Assembly: GCF_006345805.1 (NCBI RefSeq) | Contig: NC_043003.1 | Coordinates: forward strand, 96,038,001 to 96,102,000 | DNA: 64,000 nt | Direction of reading: 5' to 3' | Origin: Octopus sinensis | Taxonomy: Eukaryota | Shown here: piece after piece, positions 40,301-52,849 of the stretch | Layout: each line of letters begins with the position of its first letter | Position numbering within the stretch: position 1 is the first letter of the stretch | Translations under genes and position numbers: made by a program | Notes under the pieces: model-generated | Told to the model about the DNA's origin: nothing | Database searches by the model: none | The model's input: only the letters and a program-made list of their open reading frames with translations

Positions 40301-40918
40301 GTCTGCCTTTTACTCTAAGCGAGAGGCCTTTAGTCACCAGCAGAGGTAAGAGCTCCCTGAACTTTGCCCAGGCTATACTTACTCTAGCAGTTATACTTTC
40401 AGCGCACCCACCCCCACTTCTGACTTGGTCACCTAGATAACGGAAGCTATCAACTACTTCTAGTTTTTCCCCCTGGAAAGTGACGGAAGTTGTTTTCTGC
40501 AGATTTTCAGAGTTTATTGCTCCGGAGCATCTGCCACATACAAAAACTATCTTCCCAGTTAGCCTTCCTTTGACATTGCTGCACCTCTTATGTGTCCATA
40601 GCTTACACTAGAGTTTCTACCTACACCTTTTCTACAGATCGAGCAGGGCCATCTTCCTGAAGACATTTGTGGTTTGTCTACCTTCCTACTTATTAGTACT
40701 TTGGTTTTAGCTAGGTTGACTCTAAGGCCCCTCGATTCTAATCCCTCCTTCCACACCTGGAACTTCTCCTCCAGTTCTGATAGTGACTCAGCAATTAGAG
40801 CAAGGTCGTCAGCATAGAGGAGCTCCCAGGTAGGCCAAAAATGTTTAAAAAAAATATAGGAAAAATAGGCAATTAAAACTCCAGGCAAAAAATTGTTGGT
40901 ACAAAATAAAGGCCGACG
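37397..40918. mobile_element. Foldback-like TIR element (X1) built of CTATAG sub-repeats, 8-bp TSD CTTCATCA, interrupted by an RTE
   Basis: Termini CGTCAGCTTTTATTTTGTATCAAC... / ...GTACAAAATAAAGGCCGACG are inverted; CTTCATCA(C) at 37389 and 40919; long internal arms are mutually inverted (e.g. 37489-37660 vs 39120-39270). Confidence 0.75.
39271..40829 (-). mobile_element. 5'-truncated RTE LINE with complete 3' UTR inserted in the right TIR of X1
   Basis: WELLYADDLAL..., RLRWYGHVARM, GRGRPRKTW, then UTR modules, core and (GAT)n; splits AATAAAACAA|GTAGGCC of the TIR. Confidence 0.9.
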
Positions 40919-41690
40919 CTTCATCACTTCATCCGAAAGCCTCTCTTGCAGATGTTTCACATAGCTGGTGGTTTCTCTCCTTCCCGGTAGTCTTCCCATC
41001 AACAGATCAACCGGGAGCCTTACTTCATGGCCCAATTCAGCATTGCAGGTGTATAGCCAGTACTCTCACGTGTCACCAAACGATAAGCGAGCAATAACGA
41101 AGGTAACTTCAAATCCCATTCCAACTGTCCTTCTACGCAATATTTGGCTAGTTCTTGTTCTAGTGTCCAGTTAAACCTTTCCACCCTCTCGTCCTACTGT
41201 GGTCTCATTGGGGTTGTTCTGGTCTTCTTAATCTCAACAGCTTACAGCACTCCTGGAACACAGCTGATACAAAGTTCCTACCTTGATCGGAATGCAACTC
41301 CTGGGGCACCCCGAACCGACAGAAGAACTGATTTACTAACACTTGTGCAACAGATGTGACTTCCTGATCACGGATGGCATAGGCCTCAGGCCACTTTGTG
41401 AAGTAGTCCATGGTCACACATATGTACTTATTTCCTCTTTCCGTGAGTGGCAACAGTCCAGCAATATCCACAGTTACCCTTTCCATGAGCAACCCATCTG
41501 GTATAACTGCAGAGGGGCACCATTCTTGGACGTCCTGACACAAGCCCATCCAATGGAATATGTGCTGCAGCTGATTCAACGTTTTCTTTATCCCCAGATG
41601 TCCACTTGTAATTTGGATGTGAGCTTCTTCCAGCAGCTCAGGTCTCATCTTCTTGGGTATCACCAACTGCCAGTTCACACTGTAGTTCTA
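40919..41690 (-). mobile_element. Gypsy/Ty3 integrase fragment
   Basis: ORF 41205-41678: AH..SGHLG..KT, VDIAGLLP, MDYFTKWPEAYA, FGVPQELHSDQGRNF. Confidence 0.9.
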
Positions 41691-42016
41691 ATGAAAACTT
41701 AGATATTTTTTGCAATTTCAAATATCAGAGTGACACTAATTCAGACCTGCATCAAATGTGTGCTCTTACATTGTGCATCTGCCAGGCTTTGTGTTTTGCT
41801 TAGCGTTAAAGATGTGCTAAAATCTTTCTTTGTCTTCTAATTTGGATTATATATTTTACTCTTTACTAAACCCACACAACGTTTTTATTGTTTTGACACC
41901 TGGATTTTCTACACCTGACTATAATCTGAGAATGCAGATAGCCTAAAGGTCAGGTTGAGCGCTATGTTGGAAATACCTCATCTTTCTACTCTCTCAGGAC
42001 CTTATATATATATGCA

Positions 42017-42064
<48 letters not shown>

Positions 42065-42065
<1 letters not shown>

Positions 42066-42572
42066 AATCAAATCAAATCAAATCAAAACAAATCAAATAG
42101 ATGAACATAAATGGAATTTGTATCTTTGTGGTACCAGTGCCGGTGGCACACAAGAAAATCATCCGAACGTGGCCGTAGCCAGTACCGCATAGACTGGCCT
42201 CCGTGCTTTGGGGACGTACAAACACCATCCGATCGTGGCCGTCCGCCAGCCTCATCTGGCACCTGTGTCGGTGGCACATAAAAACACCATCCGAGCCTGG
42301 CCGTCTGCCAGCCTCGTCTGGCACTGTGTCGGTGGCACATAAAAACACCATCCGAGCGTGGCCGTCGCCAGCCTGTCTGGCACCTGTGTCGGTGGCACAT
42401 AAAATCACCCACTACACTCTCGGAGTGGTTGGCGTTAGGAAGGGCATCCAGCTGTAGAAACACTGCCAGATCTGACTGGCCTGGTGCAGCCTTCGGGCTC
42501 CCCAGACCCCAGTTGAACCGTCCAACCCATGCTAGCATGGAAAACGGACGCTAAATGATGATGATGATGATG
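42065..42572 (+). mobile_element. RTE 3' UTR/tail with several tandem ~57-bp modules
   Basis: Repeated GGTGGCACATAAAAACACCATCCGAGCGTGGCCG units, then core and (GAT)n. Confidence 0.8.
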
Positions 42573-42710
42573 ATATATATATGTATATATATGTATATAT
42601 GCATGAATATATATGTATGTATATATATTTGGATTAATTATATATATATATTTGGATTAACTATATATATATATGAATTAACTATACATATATATATAAT
42701 ATAATATAAA

Positions 42711-43112
<402 letters not shown>

Positions 43113-43237
43113 ATATATACATATATTTATATGTGTGTATATATATATATATATAATATATATATATATATTCATATATATATATATTTATATATGTATA
43201 TATATATGTATATATTTATATATGTATATATGTATAT

Positions 43238-43309
<72 letters not shown>

Positions 43310-43538
43310 TATGCCGGTGGCACGTAAAAAGCACCCACTACACTCACAGAGTGGTTAGTATTAGGAAGGGCATCCAGCTGTAGAACGACTGCCAGATCAG
43401 ACTGGAGCCTGGTATAGCCTTCTGGCTTCCCTGATCCCAGTCGAACCGTCCATCCTATTCTACCATGGAGAATGGACGTTAAACGATGATGATGATGATG
43501 ATGATATATATATATATGCATATATATATACATATATA

Positions 43539-43570
<32 letters not shown>

Positions 43571-43831
43571 ATCATTTAAAAGAATAAGAAAATGGAGAAT
43601 GGGAAGTTAATAATTGTTTATTATTAACAGTAGTTTGGTCATCTTCACTTATGACTGTTTCTATTAATACTAATTAAACATTAAACTTAAACTCATGTGA
43701 CATGCCAAAATGAATTTACAAGCACACATTTAGCATCCAAAGGTACATCTTTTTACCTCTGATGATATTATGGTCATGTCACATAAATGTAAATTTAATG
43801 TTTATTGGGTATTAATAGAAACACCTGTAAT

Positions 43832-44057
43832 GAAGGCGGCAAGTTGGCAGAAATGTTAGCACACCTGGTGGAATGCTTAGCAGTATTTCATCTGGTGTTA
43901 TGCTCTGAGCTCAAATTCTGTCGAGGTCGATTTTGCCTTTCGGGGTCGATAAATTAAGTACTAGTTATGCACTGGGGTCGAAGTAATCGACTTAATAGCC
44001 TTGTTTGTCCTTGTTTGTCCCCTCTGTGTTTAGCTCCTTGTGGGCAATAAAGAAATA
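43832..44057 (+). mobile_element. tRNA-derived SINE family 3 with 14-bp TSD
   Basis: AAGGCGGCAAGTTGGCAGAA head, GGGGTCGATAAATTAAGTAC core; AGAAA(C/T)ACCTGTAA at 43817 and 44058; other copies at 58121, ~55370, ~14160(-) and ~24020(-). Confidence 0.8.
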
Positions 44058-44269
44058 AGAAATACCTGTAAGTGAAGCTCATTCTTCATTTTCCTCTTCT
44101 TTTGAATGAATATAAACTCTATGTTTTTATATATATCAATTATTTTAAGGAAATTCATTCCCCCAAAATACTAGGTATTGAACCAGTATTTCCTTGGATG
44201 AAACCATCCCTTCATGAGGTTAACACAACCTCTAATTAAAGGCGGATGTTAAACAATGCTGATGATGAT

Positions 44270-44325
<56 letters not shown>

Positions 44326-44455
44326 TATATGTATATATATGTGTGTGTGTATATATATATATTCTATTCTATTATATATTATATATATTATATATATATA
44401 TATTATATATATATTATATATTATATATATATATATTATATATATATATATATTA

Positions 44456-44489
<34 letters not shown>

Positions 44490-44729
44490 CTATTCTATTA
44501 TTCTATTTATTCATTTATCTACTTTATCACTGATTCTTTTGACCACTCCCCTAAGAAAGACAGTTTGCGCCATGCCTACCCCCAAAAAAGTCCCCCACCA
44601 CCACCCCTTTAAATCTGCCTAAATGTATAAATGCCAAAACTATTCTTGACACAAAGCTTCCTGATGATTTCATTTGAATGAAACAGTTCTAGTCCTGTTG
44701 AAGCTCCTTCTATAAAATAAAATTTAAAA

Positions 44730-44779
<50 letters not shown>

Positions 44780-44949
44780 TATGTCCACCACATCTCACAC
44801 TAAATCATGGCCCCACTATACATGTTTACACCTGTCTCTGACATCTTGACAGTCACATTACTCTCTGTGTATAAAGTACAATAACGATTGTGAAATGAAC
44901 AAAAAGACAGTTTGTATGAAGCTCTTCTGGAGCCTCAATGTCAAATGTT

Positions 44950-45630
44950 ATCAACCTCATTATTGTAGGTGGTAACTTCAATGAGCATGTTGCATAAAAC
45001 CTGGTTGGCTTTCAAAGTGTGAGATGTGGTGGACATAAGTTTATATATGAATATGGCATGAGGTATGAGGTAGGATTAAGTTTCCTGGAGATTTTTTGAA
45101 GCAAATGATCTAACTATTTATTATGCTGAGTCTTTCTTTGGTGAAGCATAAAATACCTAAGAGATTAGTGATTATTGATTTCAGAATCAGAGCTACATGG
45201 AACAAGAGGCTGCAGACAGCTTGGACGATATGGAAGCACAAACAGATACCAAAAAGTTTAAGTTTACAGAGGTACTACTTGGAGCATTTAATGCAAGGGA
45301 AGAGTTGATACAGACTTATAATATAGAGAAAACTGGAAGTTTCTATGGAGAGAATTGTTGAAGGCCACAAATCAGAGATGTGGTTGGTGCATGACCTCAT
45401 CCAGATAAAAAGGGATGAGAAGAATGGGAGAAAAGTGGGGAGCAAAGAAAATTATTATACAACTAAAAGGGACGCTAGATGTTAAGTATATTTAACAACA
45501 AGAGAGTGGAAAGAAAGAGGCTTTCAAGTTCAGCAGGGAGAGGATCAAAAGCTTGAGATAACCAGAACAGCAAAACAATATACTAGAAAGAATAGAGATG
45601 TCATTGGAAAGAATTGCACACATTACACTT
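44950..45630 (+). mobile_element. RTE LINE endonuclease/linker remnant
   Basis: LIIVGGNFNEHV and a G.R.EVGLSFLE..EANDL-like segment; heavily decayed. Confidence 0.6.
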
Positions 45631-46020
45631 ACTTTCTCTTACTGACTCCGAAAGGAAAGAAGCAAGCAAGGGCTAGTGAGAGAGATGGCTGAATGTGGAG
45701 AATATCTGCAAGAGAAGAAAATATACTTCGAGCTGACCAACTAAAGGTCAATCTATTTAGGATAACTGCAGTATAGTAGATAGGGTGAATAAGGAGATGA
45801 AGAAACTGCAGAAGCATTAAAATGTTGGGACAGATTATGAAAGTTGCAGAAAAAAATTATTGCAAAATTGTAAAAATATCAAAATTGAAAATAATAAGTG
45901 GCCCTCAATAATTTTTTATCTATTGATTCCTTTGATTCTTATTTTGCTGACAGTTTGAGTTGTCCTTATGAACCGAACTGCAAGCATTGTGCAGGAAGAG
46001 AAGAGCACATAATAAGTGCA

Positions 46021-46656
46021 TAGCCTATAGTTTTTGTCACCTATGGTTTTAGGCTATTGTTTATTTATAGTCCTGCCTATAGTTCTTCTGTCCATACATT
46101 GCCTATAGATTTAGTCTATAGTTTTGTCTTACAGGAATTTCAGCCTATAGTTTTTTCACCTATAGATTTTGTCACCTATAGTTTTACCTATAGCTTTAGA
46201 CTATAGTTCTGCCTATAGTAGTTTTAGCTATCGTTTACCTATAGTTTCTATCACCTAAAGCTTTGCCTATAGTTTTCCTATAGTTATCATTTATCAAACG
46301 TGAACTTTTCTTCCCTATAGATTTTAGCCTATAGTTTGCCTATATGGTTTCACGTATAGCTTAGTTATTCATATATTATTTATCAAAAGTGAACTTTTCT
46401 TCCTTATAGATTTTAGCCTATACTTTTGCCAATATTTTTATCGAATGTGAATCTTCTTGGTTACATATTTTAGCCTATAGTTTGGCCTATAGCTTTTAGC
46501 GTATAGTTTTATCGAATTTTAGCCTATTTTTTATCAACTATATTGTTCTATGATATAATATAATATATATTTTTATCAACTATTTTTGTGTATATTGTTT
46601 TATGAATTTTTGCCTATATTTTTATAGCCTTATATTTTCTTTCCTTATATTTTTTT
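46021..46656. mobile_element. Foldback element fragment X3 (internal/right-arm sequence)
   Basis: Direct match to ~38550-39050 (TTATCAAACGTGAACTTTTCTTCCCTATAG etc.). Confidence 0.75.
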
Positions 46657-47341
46657 ACATAGCTGGCAGTTTCTCTGGGCAGCTCCTCCTGCGGTGGTCT
46701 TCACATCAACAGATCAACCGGGAGCCTTACTTCATGGCCTATAGGCAGAAGGACTAAAAGGTGGGTGTGTTCATGGAAAGGGTAGCCGTGGATATTGCTG
46801 GACCGTTGCCACTCACGGAAAGAGGAAATAGGTACATATGTGTGACCAATGGACTACTTCACAAAGTGGCCTGAGGCCTATGCCATCCGTGATCAGGAAG
46901 CCACATCTGTTGCACAAGTGTTAGTAAATCAGTTCTTCTGTCGGTTCGGGGTGCCCCAGGAGTTGCATTCCGATCAAGGTAGGAACTTTGTATCAGCTGT
47001 GTTCCAGGAGTGCTGTAAGTTGTTGAGATTAAGAAGACCAGAACAACCCCAATGAGACCACAGTAGGGTGAGAGGATGGAAAGGTTTAACTGGACACTAG
47101 AACAAGAACTAGCCAAATATTGTGTAGAAGGACAGTTGGAATGGGATTTGAAGTTACCTTCATTATTGCTCGCTTATCGTTTGGTGACACATGAGAGTAC
47201 TGGCTATACACCTGCAATGCTGAATTGGGCCATGAAGTAAATCTCCTGGTTGACCTGTTGATGGGAAGACCACCGAGGGAGGAGAGAAACTGCCAGCTAT
47301 GTGAAACATTGCAAGAGAGGCTTTCGGATGAAGTGATGAAG
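46657..47341 (+). mobile_element. Second Gypsy integrase copy (46761-47341, +), preceded by a short inverted piece (46657-46740)
   Basis: ORF 46849-47055 nearly identical to part of 41205-41678; 46657-46740 matches 40959-41030 directly. Confidence 0.85.
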
Positions 47342-49168
47342 CGTCGGCTTTTATTTTGTATCAACAATTTTTTGCCTAGTTTTCATTGCCTATTTTTTCC
47401 TATATTTTTAAAAACATTTTTGGCCTACATTGTTTTATTAACTATTTTTAGCCTATATTTTGTATCAACTGTTTTTCGCCTATATTTTTCTCAACTATAT
47501 TTTGCCTACATCTTTTCTCAACTATTGCTTGCCTACTTCTCAACTAGTTTTTGCTTCTAGTTTTGTCTATATTTTTTACCATTTCATAGAACATGAAAAA
47601 TTAGGCAACCGTGTAGCAAACATAGTTGACAAAAAATATAGCGGCGAAAAATACATAAAACAATATACGCAAAAATAGTTGATAAAAATGTAGGCAAATA
47701 TATATTATATTGGCAAAGTTCAGTTCATAAAACAATATAGGCTAAAACCATAAGCAAAAACTATATGCTAAAAGCTATTGGCAACACTATAGGCAAAAAG
47801 GAGTTCACATTTCATAGAAAATACAGACATAACTATAGGCAAAAATATAGGCTAAAATCCAATAGGTGACAAAATTATAGCCGCAAAAATATTGGCAAAA
47901 TATAGGCTGAAACTAGAAGCAAAAACTATAGGCTGAAAGTATAGACAAATTATACCTGGCCTAGTTTTTGTCTCCTCTTGTTTGCCTATAGATATGTCTA
48001 TAATTTCAGCCTATTGTTTTTGTCACCTATAGTTTTGCTTATAGCTTGTCTATAGTTCTGCCTATAGTTTTTACCTAAACTTTGCCGTAGTAATTTCAAC
48101 CTATAGTTTGTGTATAGTTCTTATAGCTTTAGCCTATAGTTTTGCCTATAGATTTTAGTATCAACTGTTTTTCGCCTATATTTTTCTCAGCTATATTTTG
48201 CCTACATCTTTTCTCAATTGTTGCTTGCTTACTTCTCAACAACATTTTGCCTATAGTTTTGTCTATATTTTTTGCCATTTCATAAAACAATATGGACAAA
48301 AAATAGCTCATGAAAAAATAGACAACCAAGTAGCTGACATGGTTGACAAAAATATAGAGCTAAAAATATAAGGCTATAAAAATATAGGTGAAAATTCATA
48401 AAACAATATACGCAAAAATAGTTGATAAAAATATATATTATATCATAAAACAATATAGTTGATAAAAAATAGGCTAAAAATTGCAAAAACTATATGCTAA
48501 AATATATAAGCAAGAAGCTTCACATTCGATAAAAATATAGGCAAAACTATAGGCTAAAATCTACAAGGAAGAAAAGTTCACTTTTGATAAATAATATATG
48601 AATAGCTAAAGCCAACCGGCTTTTGTTATTCATATATTATTCATCAAAAGTGAACTTTTCTTCCTTGTAGATTTTAGCCCATAGGCTGAAGCTATACGCA
48701 AAACCGTATAGGCAAACTATAGGCTAAAATTTATAGTGAAGAAAAGTTCACGTTTGATAAATAATAACTTTAGGCTAAAACTATAGGCAGAACTATATAG
48801 TCTAAAGCTATAGGTGAAAAAACTATAGGCTAAAATTACTATAGACAAACTACAGGCGACAAAAACTATAGGCAGAATGTACTGTAGGCAAACTATAGGC
48901 AGAACTAGCCAAAATATAGGCGACATATAGGCTGAAATAACTATAAGACAAACTATAGGCAGGACAAACAATAGACTAAAGCTATAGGCGACAAAAACTA
49001 TAGGCAGACTATAGTTCTTTAGCCTATATAATTTGTCTTATAGTATTTCAGCCTATAATTTGTCTAGAGTTTTTTCACCTGCCTATAGTTTTTTCACCTA
49101 TAGTTTTTCTCTATAGTTTTTTCACCTATAGTGTTACCTATATTGACTGTTTTTAAAAATGGTGAGAG
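47342..49168. mobile_element. Foldback element copy X2, internally rearranged, one terminus eroded
   Basis: Starts CGTCGGCTTTTATTTTGTATC; TGATGAAG at 47334 and 49169; 47342-47850 is direct to the X1 left arm, 48150-49000 is inverse to the X1 right arm. Confidence 0.75.
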
Positions 49169-51017
49169 TGATGAAGACTGGAAGCATAATGTGTATGCCC
49201 ATGTCTGGGTCACTTACCAAATATGTCCCTATCTAATCTACGCCTGTTTTCCCATTTGTCACCTTAGTGCTCAGCCTTCCAGCACTCTTTTATCTGCTTT
49301 ATCTTTGTGCCACTGTAATTAATATAAGTAGATCACAGTACTATACATTGGGTCATCCCATAAATAATGCAGTTATTTCAACTGCATGAAGTAAAAGTCA
49401 GAGGGGAAGGGATAAACTGCCTGCGTGAACTTGCTATAAAAACAGGTGGTAATTTTACTTTCTTATTCTTAATGCAGTTTGATTTTAACATTTATTTTTT
49501 CAAAACTATAATAGAAATGACAAAGGTGCACATCCAGCATATTTTGCTTTATGAGTTCAATAAAGGCAACAACACAACAGAAAGTGCAAGGAATATTAAT
49601 ACAGTATATGGGGATAGGACAATAAGCATAAGCCAATGTCAATGGTGGTTCCAGAAATTATGAGCTGGAAACTACAGCCTAGAGGACAAGCTTCATTCTG
49701 GAAGATCTGTAGAGCTTTACAAAGATGTCCTGCAAACCCTGGTGGAGCAAAATCCCATTGTAACTGTTGAAGAACTAGCAGAGAAGCTTGGATTTGGTCA
49801 TTCAACCATTCATTGACACCTATGTGTCATCGGAAAAGTCAGCAAATTGGGTCAATGGATTCCTCACAAACTTTCTGAGTCTAATCATGCATAGCAAGTG
49901 AATTTATGCTCTTCTTTGCTATCACATCTCATGAATGAACCTTGTTTTGACTGAATAGTGACTGGTGAGGAAAAATGGGATCTCTATAAAAATGTCAAGC
50001 GCTGATGACAGTGGATAGGGAAAGGAGAAACACTGACAACCCAGGCTATAGAAGGTCTTCACCCACATAAGGTGCTGATATCTGTTTGGTGAGATATGAA
50101 AGGTTTAGTCTACTTTGAACTTTTAAACCCAAACCAAACGATAATAAAGGAGATCTACTGCCAGCAGCTTGAGCAGCTTAAGTTAGTGCAAGAAGAAAAA
50201 CGACCACTCACAAGGCTTTGGTCGGCCCAAGGCTATAGTAGAAGACACTTGCCCAAGGTGCCACGCAGTGGGACTGAACCTGGAACCATGTGGTTGGTAA
50301 GCAAGCTACTTACCACACAGCCACTCCTAAGCCTACTTGTAATCTCTTTTGTAAGGTTCAAGCGCCTTGAAATCAGTTTTCACCACTTCATTCTATGTCT
50401 TCCTCCTCTACAGGCACCATCGACTTTGAGCACTCAGCAATGTCTTATGCAGTTGTCACCATCCATATGCACCTCTTTCCCACATTAACAAACTGTATCT
50501 TTAGCAAACTATATCTATTTCCTCTTATATACAGCTTTTTCTCTCAGATAATTGGTATTATATTGTTTATGCATACTGACATTGCACATTTAGTGAAGAA
50601 TGCTTGCCTCATTTCTCTCTAACCTTTGCAAATCCACTTGATTCTGAGGCTAGGTCTCATGACTGTCTATACCATATTTCACACACTCATCTTATTTGTA
50701 AGTTTCATTAGGGTTTCATTTCTACAACTGGATACCCTTCCTAACACAATTCACTTCACAGAGTGTATTAAGTACATTTTTTTCCCAATACTTTGCTTTA
50801 ATGTTCCTGGAATGATAAACTGCAAAGTTGACAATAGCAGGATTTCTGGTCAAAATGTAAAGGCTGTAACTGATTACTGCATGATATTTTGAGCCGTTCT
50901 CTTCACCAGCTAGAAATAGCAACCAAATCTTTCATCTCAAAAAGGACCACATTTACCTTTGTTTGTTAGTTTGTTAAGCACCCTTTTTTTAATGGCTGAT
51001 CATTTAAATTTTTTTTA
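49169..51017. repeat. Right outer arm (A') of the inverted duplication (includes mariner 5' half ~49346-50205, +)
   Basis: Reverse complement of 35549-37396. Confidence 0.95.
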
Positions 51018-51207
51018 TCCTATGTAAAATGTTTCACATTGTTCTGGGCTCCTCTGAAATTGGGTAAACGTCATACTTGGAATTTGTTCAATTATGTATC
51101 TGCTTGGTAAAAGCTGACTTGAATCTAATGTTTAGACTCTAAACCAATGGTTTTCCAACTGACAAATGAGAATTTTCTTTTTGTCCCACTTTTCCTCTCA
51201 TTATTAA

Positions 51208-52058
51208 CCCCTTAATGAATCGATTATTTTGACATGGCATTTCATTTCAGAGCATATTTTTTATACTTCCTTTTTTAATTATATACACTGTTAATTATAA
51301 AAAAAAGTTTTTTTATCTTGTTTCCTTTATTTTTTATTATAGAAATTAAAATGTACTTTTGCTCACTTGGATTTAAATGAGTTAACACGGACATTGAAAA
51401 AATACATATAACTTAACTATCTTCGAATTTTTATAAGATGTATTGCTTTTAAATCAAAGGAAAATATTTTTAAAATGAGATGGACAGTTTATTTAGAATG
51501 ATAATTTTTAAAACAAGGAGTTACACACAAAGTTATCTTGCAGACATCACACATGTATCTGCTTTCTCTTCAAATCTTCTTTCCTTTAGTGTCTGTCTTC
51601 TCTGCGCATTTTGCACACTGTCTTGTAGGGTTCTTCTTCTTATCACTTGGTGGTATTTCCATGGGAAAGTGACCAGCTGGGGCAAATTTTGTTGGATGTG
51701 GGATTGACGATGGTCTTCCTGGTTTCGTGGGAGGCAATAAAGGCCTATATTTTTCAATAATCTTGGTGATAATTTGCATTCTAAATTTCAGCGGTTTCAT
51801 AGCAGAAGCTGAAGTTTCCAAAGATGCTTTATACAAAACATAAGCATTCCAGATAGCCAAATCCACCAAATGAAAAAATACTTATTTTTTTTAAACAACG
51901 CGAGTTAATTTGTGATTGCTTAAAAATAAAATGACACAAAACAAATAAACTTGTTTGAGTGCTAAAATTAAAAGTTAATTTTGACCGAGTATACTCGTCT
52001 GGTTCTAAAAAGATATATTTGCGATGCACGAATAAACTCAGGATAATCCATTAAGGGG
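51208..52058 (-). mobile_element. piggyBac internal-deletion derivative retaining the transposase C-terminus
   Basis: TTAA|CCCCTTAATG ... CATTAAGGGG|TTAA; FFHLVDLAIWNAYVLY..HFP..PTRQCAKC..(R)ESRYMCDVCKITLCVTPCFKNYH. Confidence 0.9.
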
Positions 52059-52276
52059 TTAATGAAAAGACAAAAGATAAAAATTCTTATTTTCATATAT
52101 AACATATAAATATGTACATCTTTTAGAACATAGTCATTTTATAAGATTTTACTGGCAAATTCTTAAATTAACATAAACATTTATTTACATGAAAGAAAAT
52201 TACTGAAGAACTTTCATCCAATTCTTCCAAATTTTTCTGTCAAAACTGTATTAAAACCATTTGTGGGAAATTGCTT

Positions 52277-52790
52277 TTTTTTTTTTTATCACAGCAACTG
52301 GTTGCACACCTCAAGGTTCAACAGAACCTACAGAAGCAAGCCAGCATGCTTGTAGCATTACTAGGGGCGATGGCAAGGCTAAAGCATTGAGAAAGTCAAG
52401 TGTCCTCAAGGGCATCACCTGACACCTCAGTGAAGTGAGCTGCTAACATTGACAAGAACTTCATAGTTAGTGTCCCAATCCTTCTGAACGTCTCAAATGC
52501 TACAGGTTAGAAGAGATAGTTTACCGTCAGGTCCTGACAGTTTTCTTCCATTTGGCTACGGAAGCAGTGACACTCCCATTAACTGCAGCATCCAGGATGT
52601 GGGAGGGAGCAAAAGTGTCGCAGACTGTAGCATCGCAAATGAGGCGTCTACCTCTAACCCAGGGGCAGGGGGTAAGACCATTTGGTCTCTTTCCATCACT
52701 TCTGGACTGGATAACCCCAACGGCTCCAGAACTGAGGGGATATTAATCCAAATGATTAGGCTTAGCTCAGTGTGATGAGCAAAACAATGG
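52277..52790 (-). mobile_element. CRE-like (restriction-like endonuclease) non-LTR retrotransposon 3' end with poly(A)
   Basis: Across frameshifts: HHTELSLII..IPSVLEPLGL..DGKRPNGLT..PWVRGRRLICDATVCDTFAPSH..PVAFET; T-run at 52277-52289 is the minus-strand poly(A). Confidence 0.75.
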
Positions 52791-52849
52791 CAAAATAAAA
52801 TTTGCATCCATTTAATTTCCCTTTTTTGGCATGATGTTGGACAAATTTA

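Noticed and set aside
44066-44075. CCT|GTAAGT splice donor
   Set aside because: It falls within the target-site duplication of the adjacent SINE
45954-46015. Candidate exon encoding LSCPYEPNCKHCAGREEHII (also a minus-strand candidate at 29895-29950)
   Set aside because: Good acceptor but weak donor and no supporting neighbours; may be a LINE zinc-knuckle relic or chance
52277-52430. Strong-looking plus-strand splice acceptor (T-run + ATCACAG) with a 42-codon open frame
   Set aside because: The T-run is the poly(A) tail of the minus-strand CRE-like element
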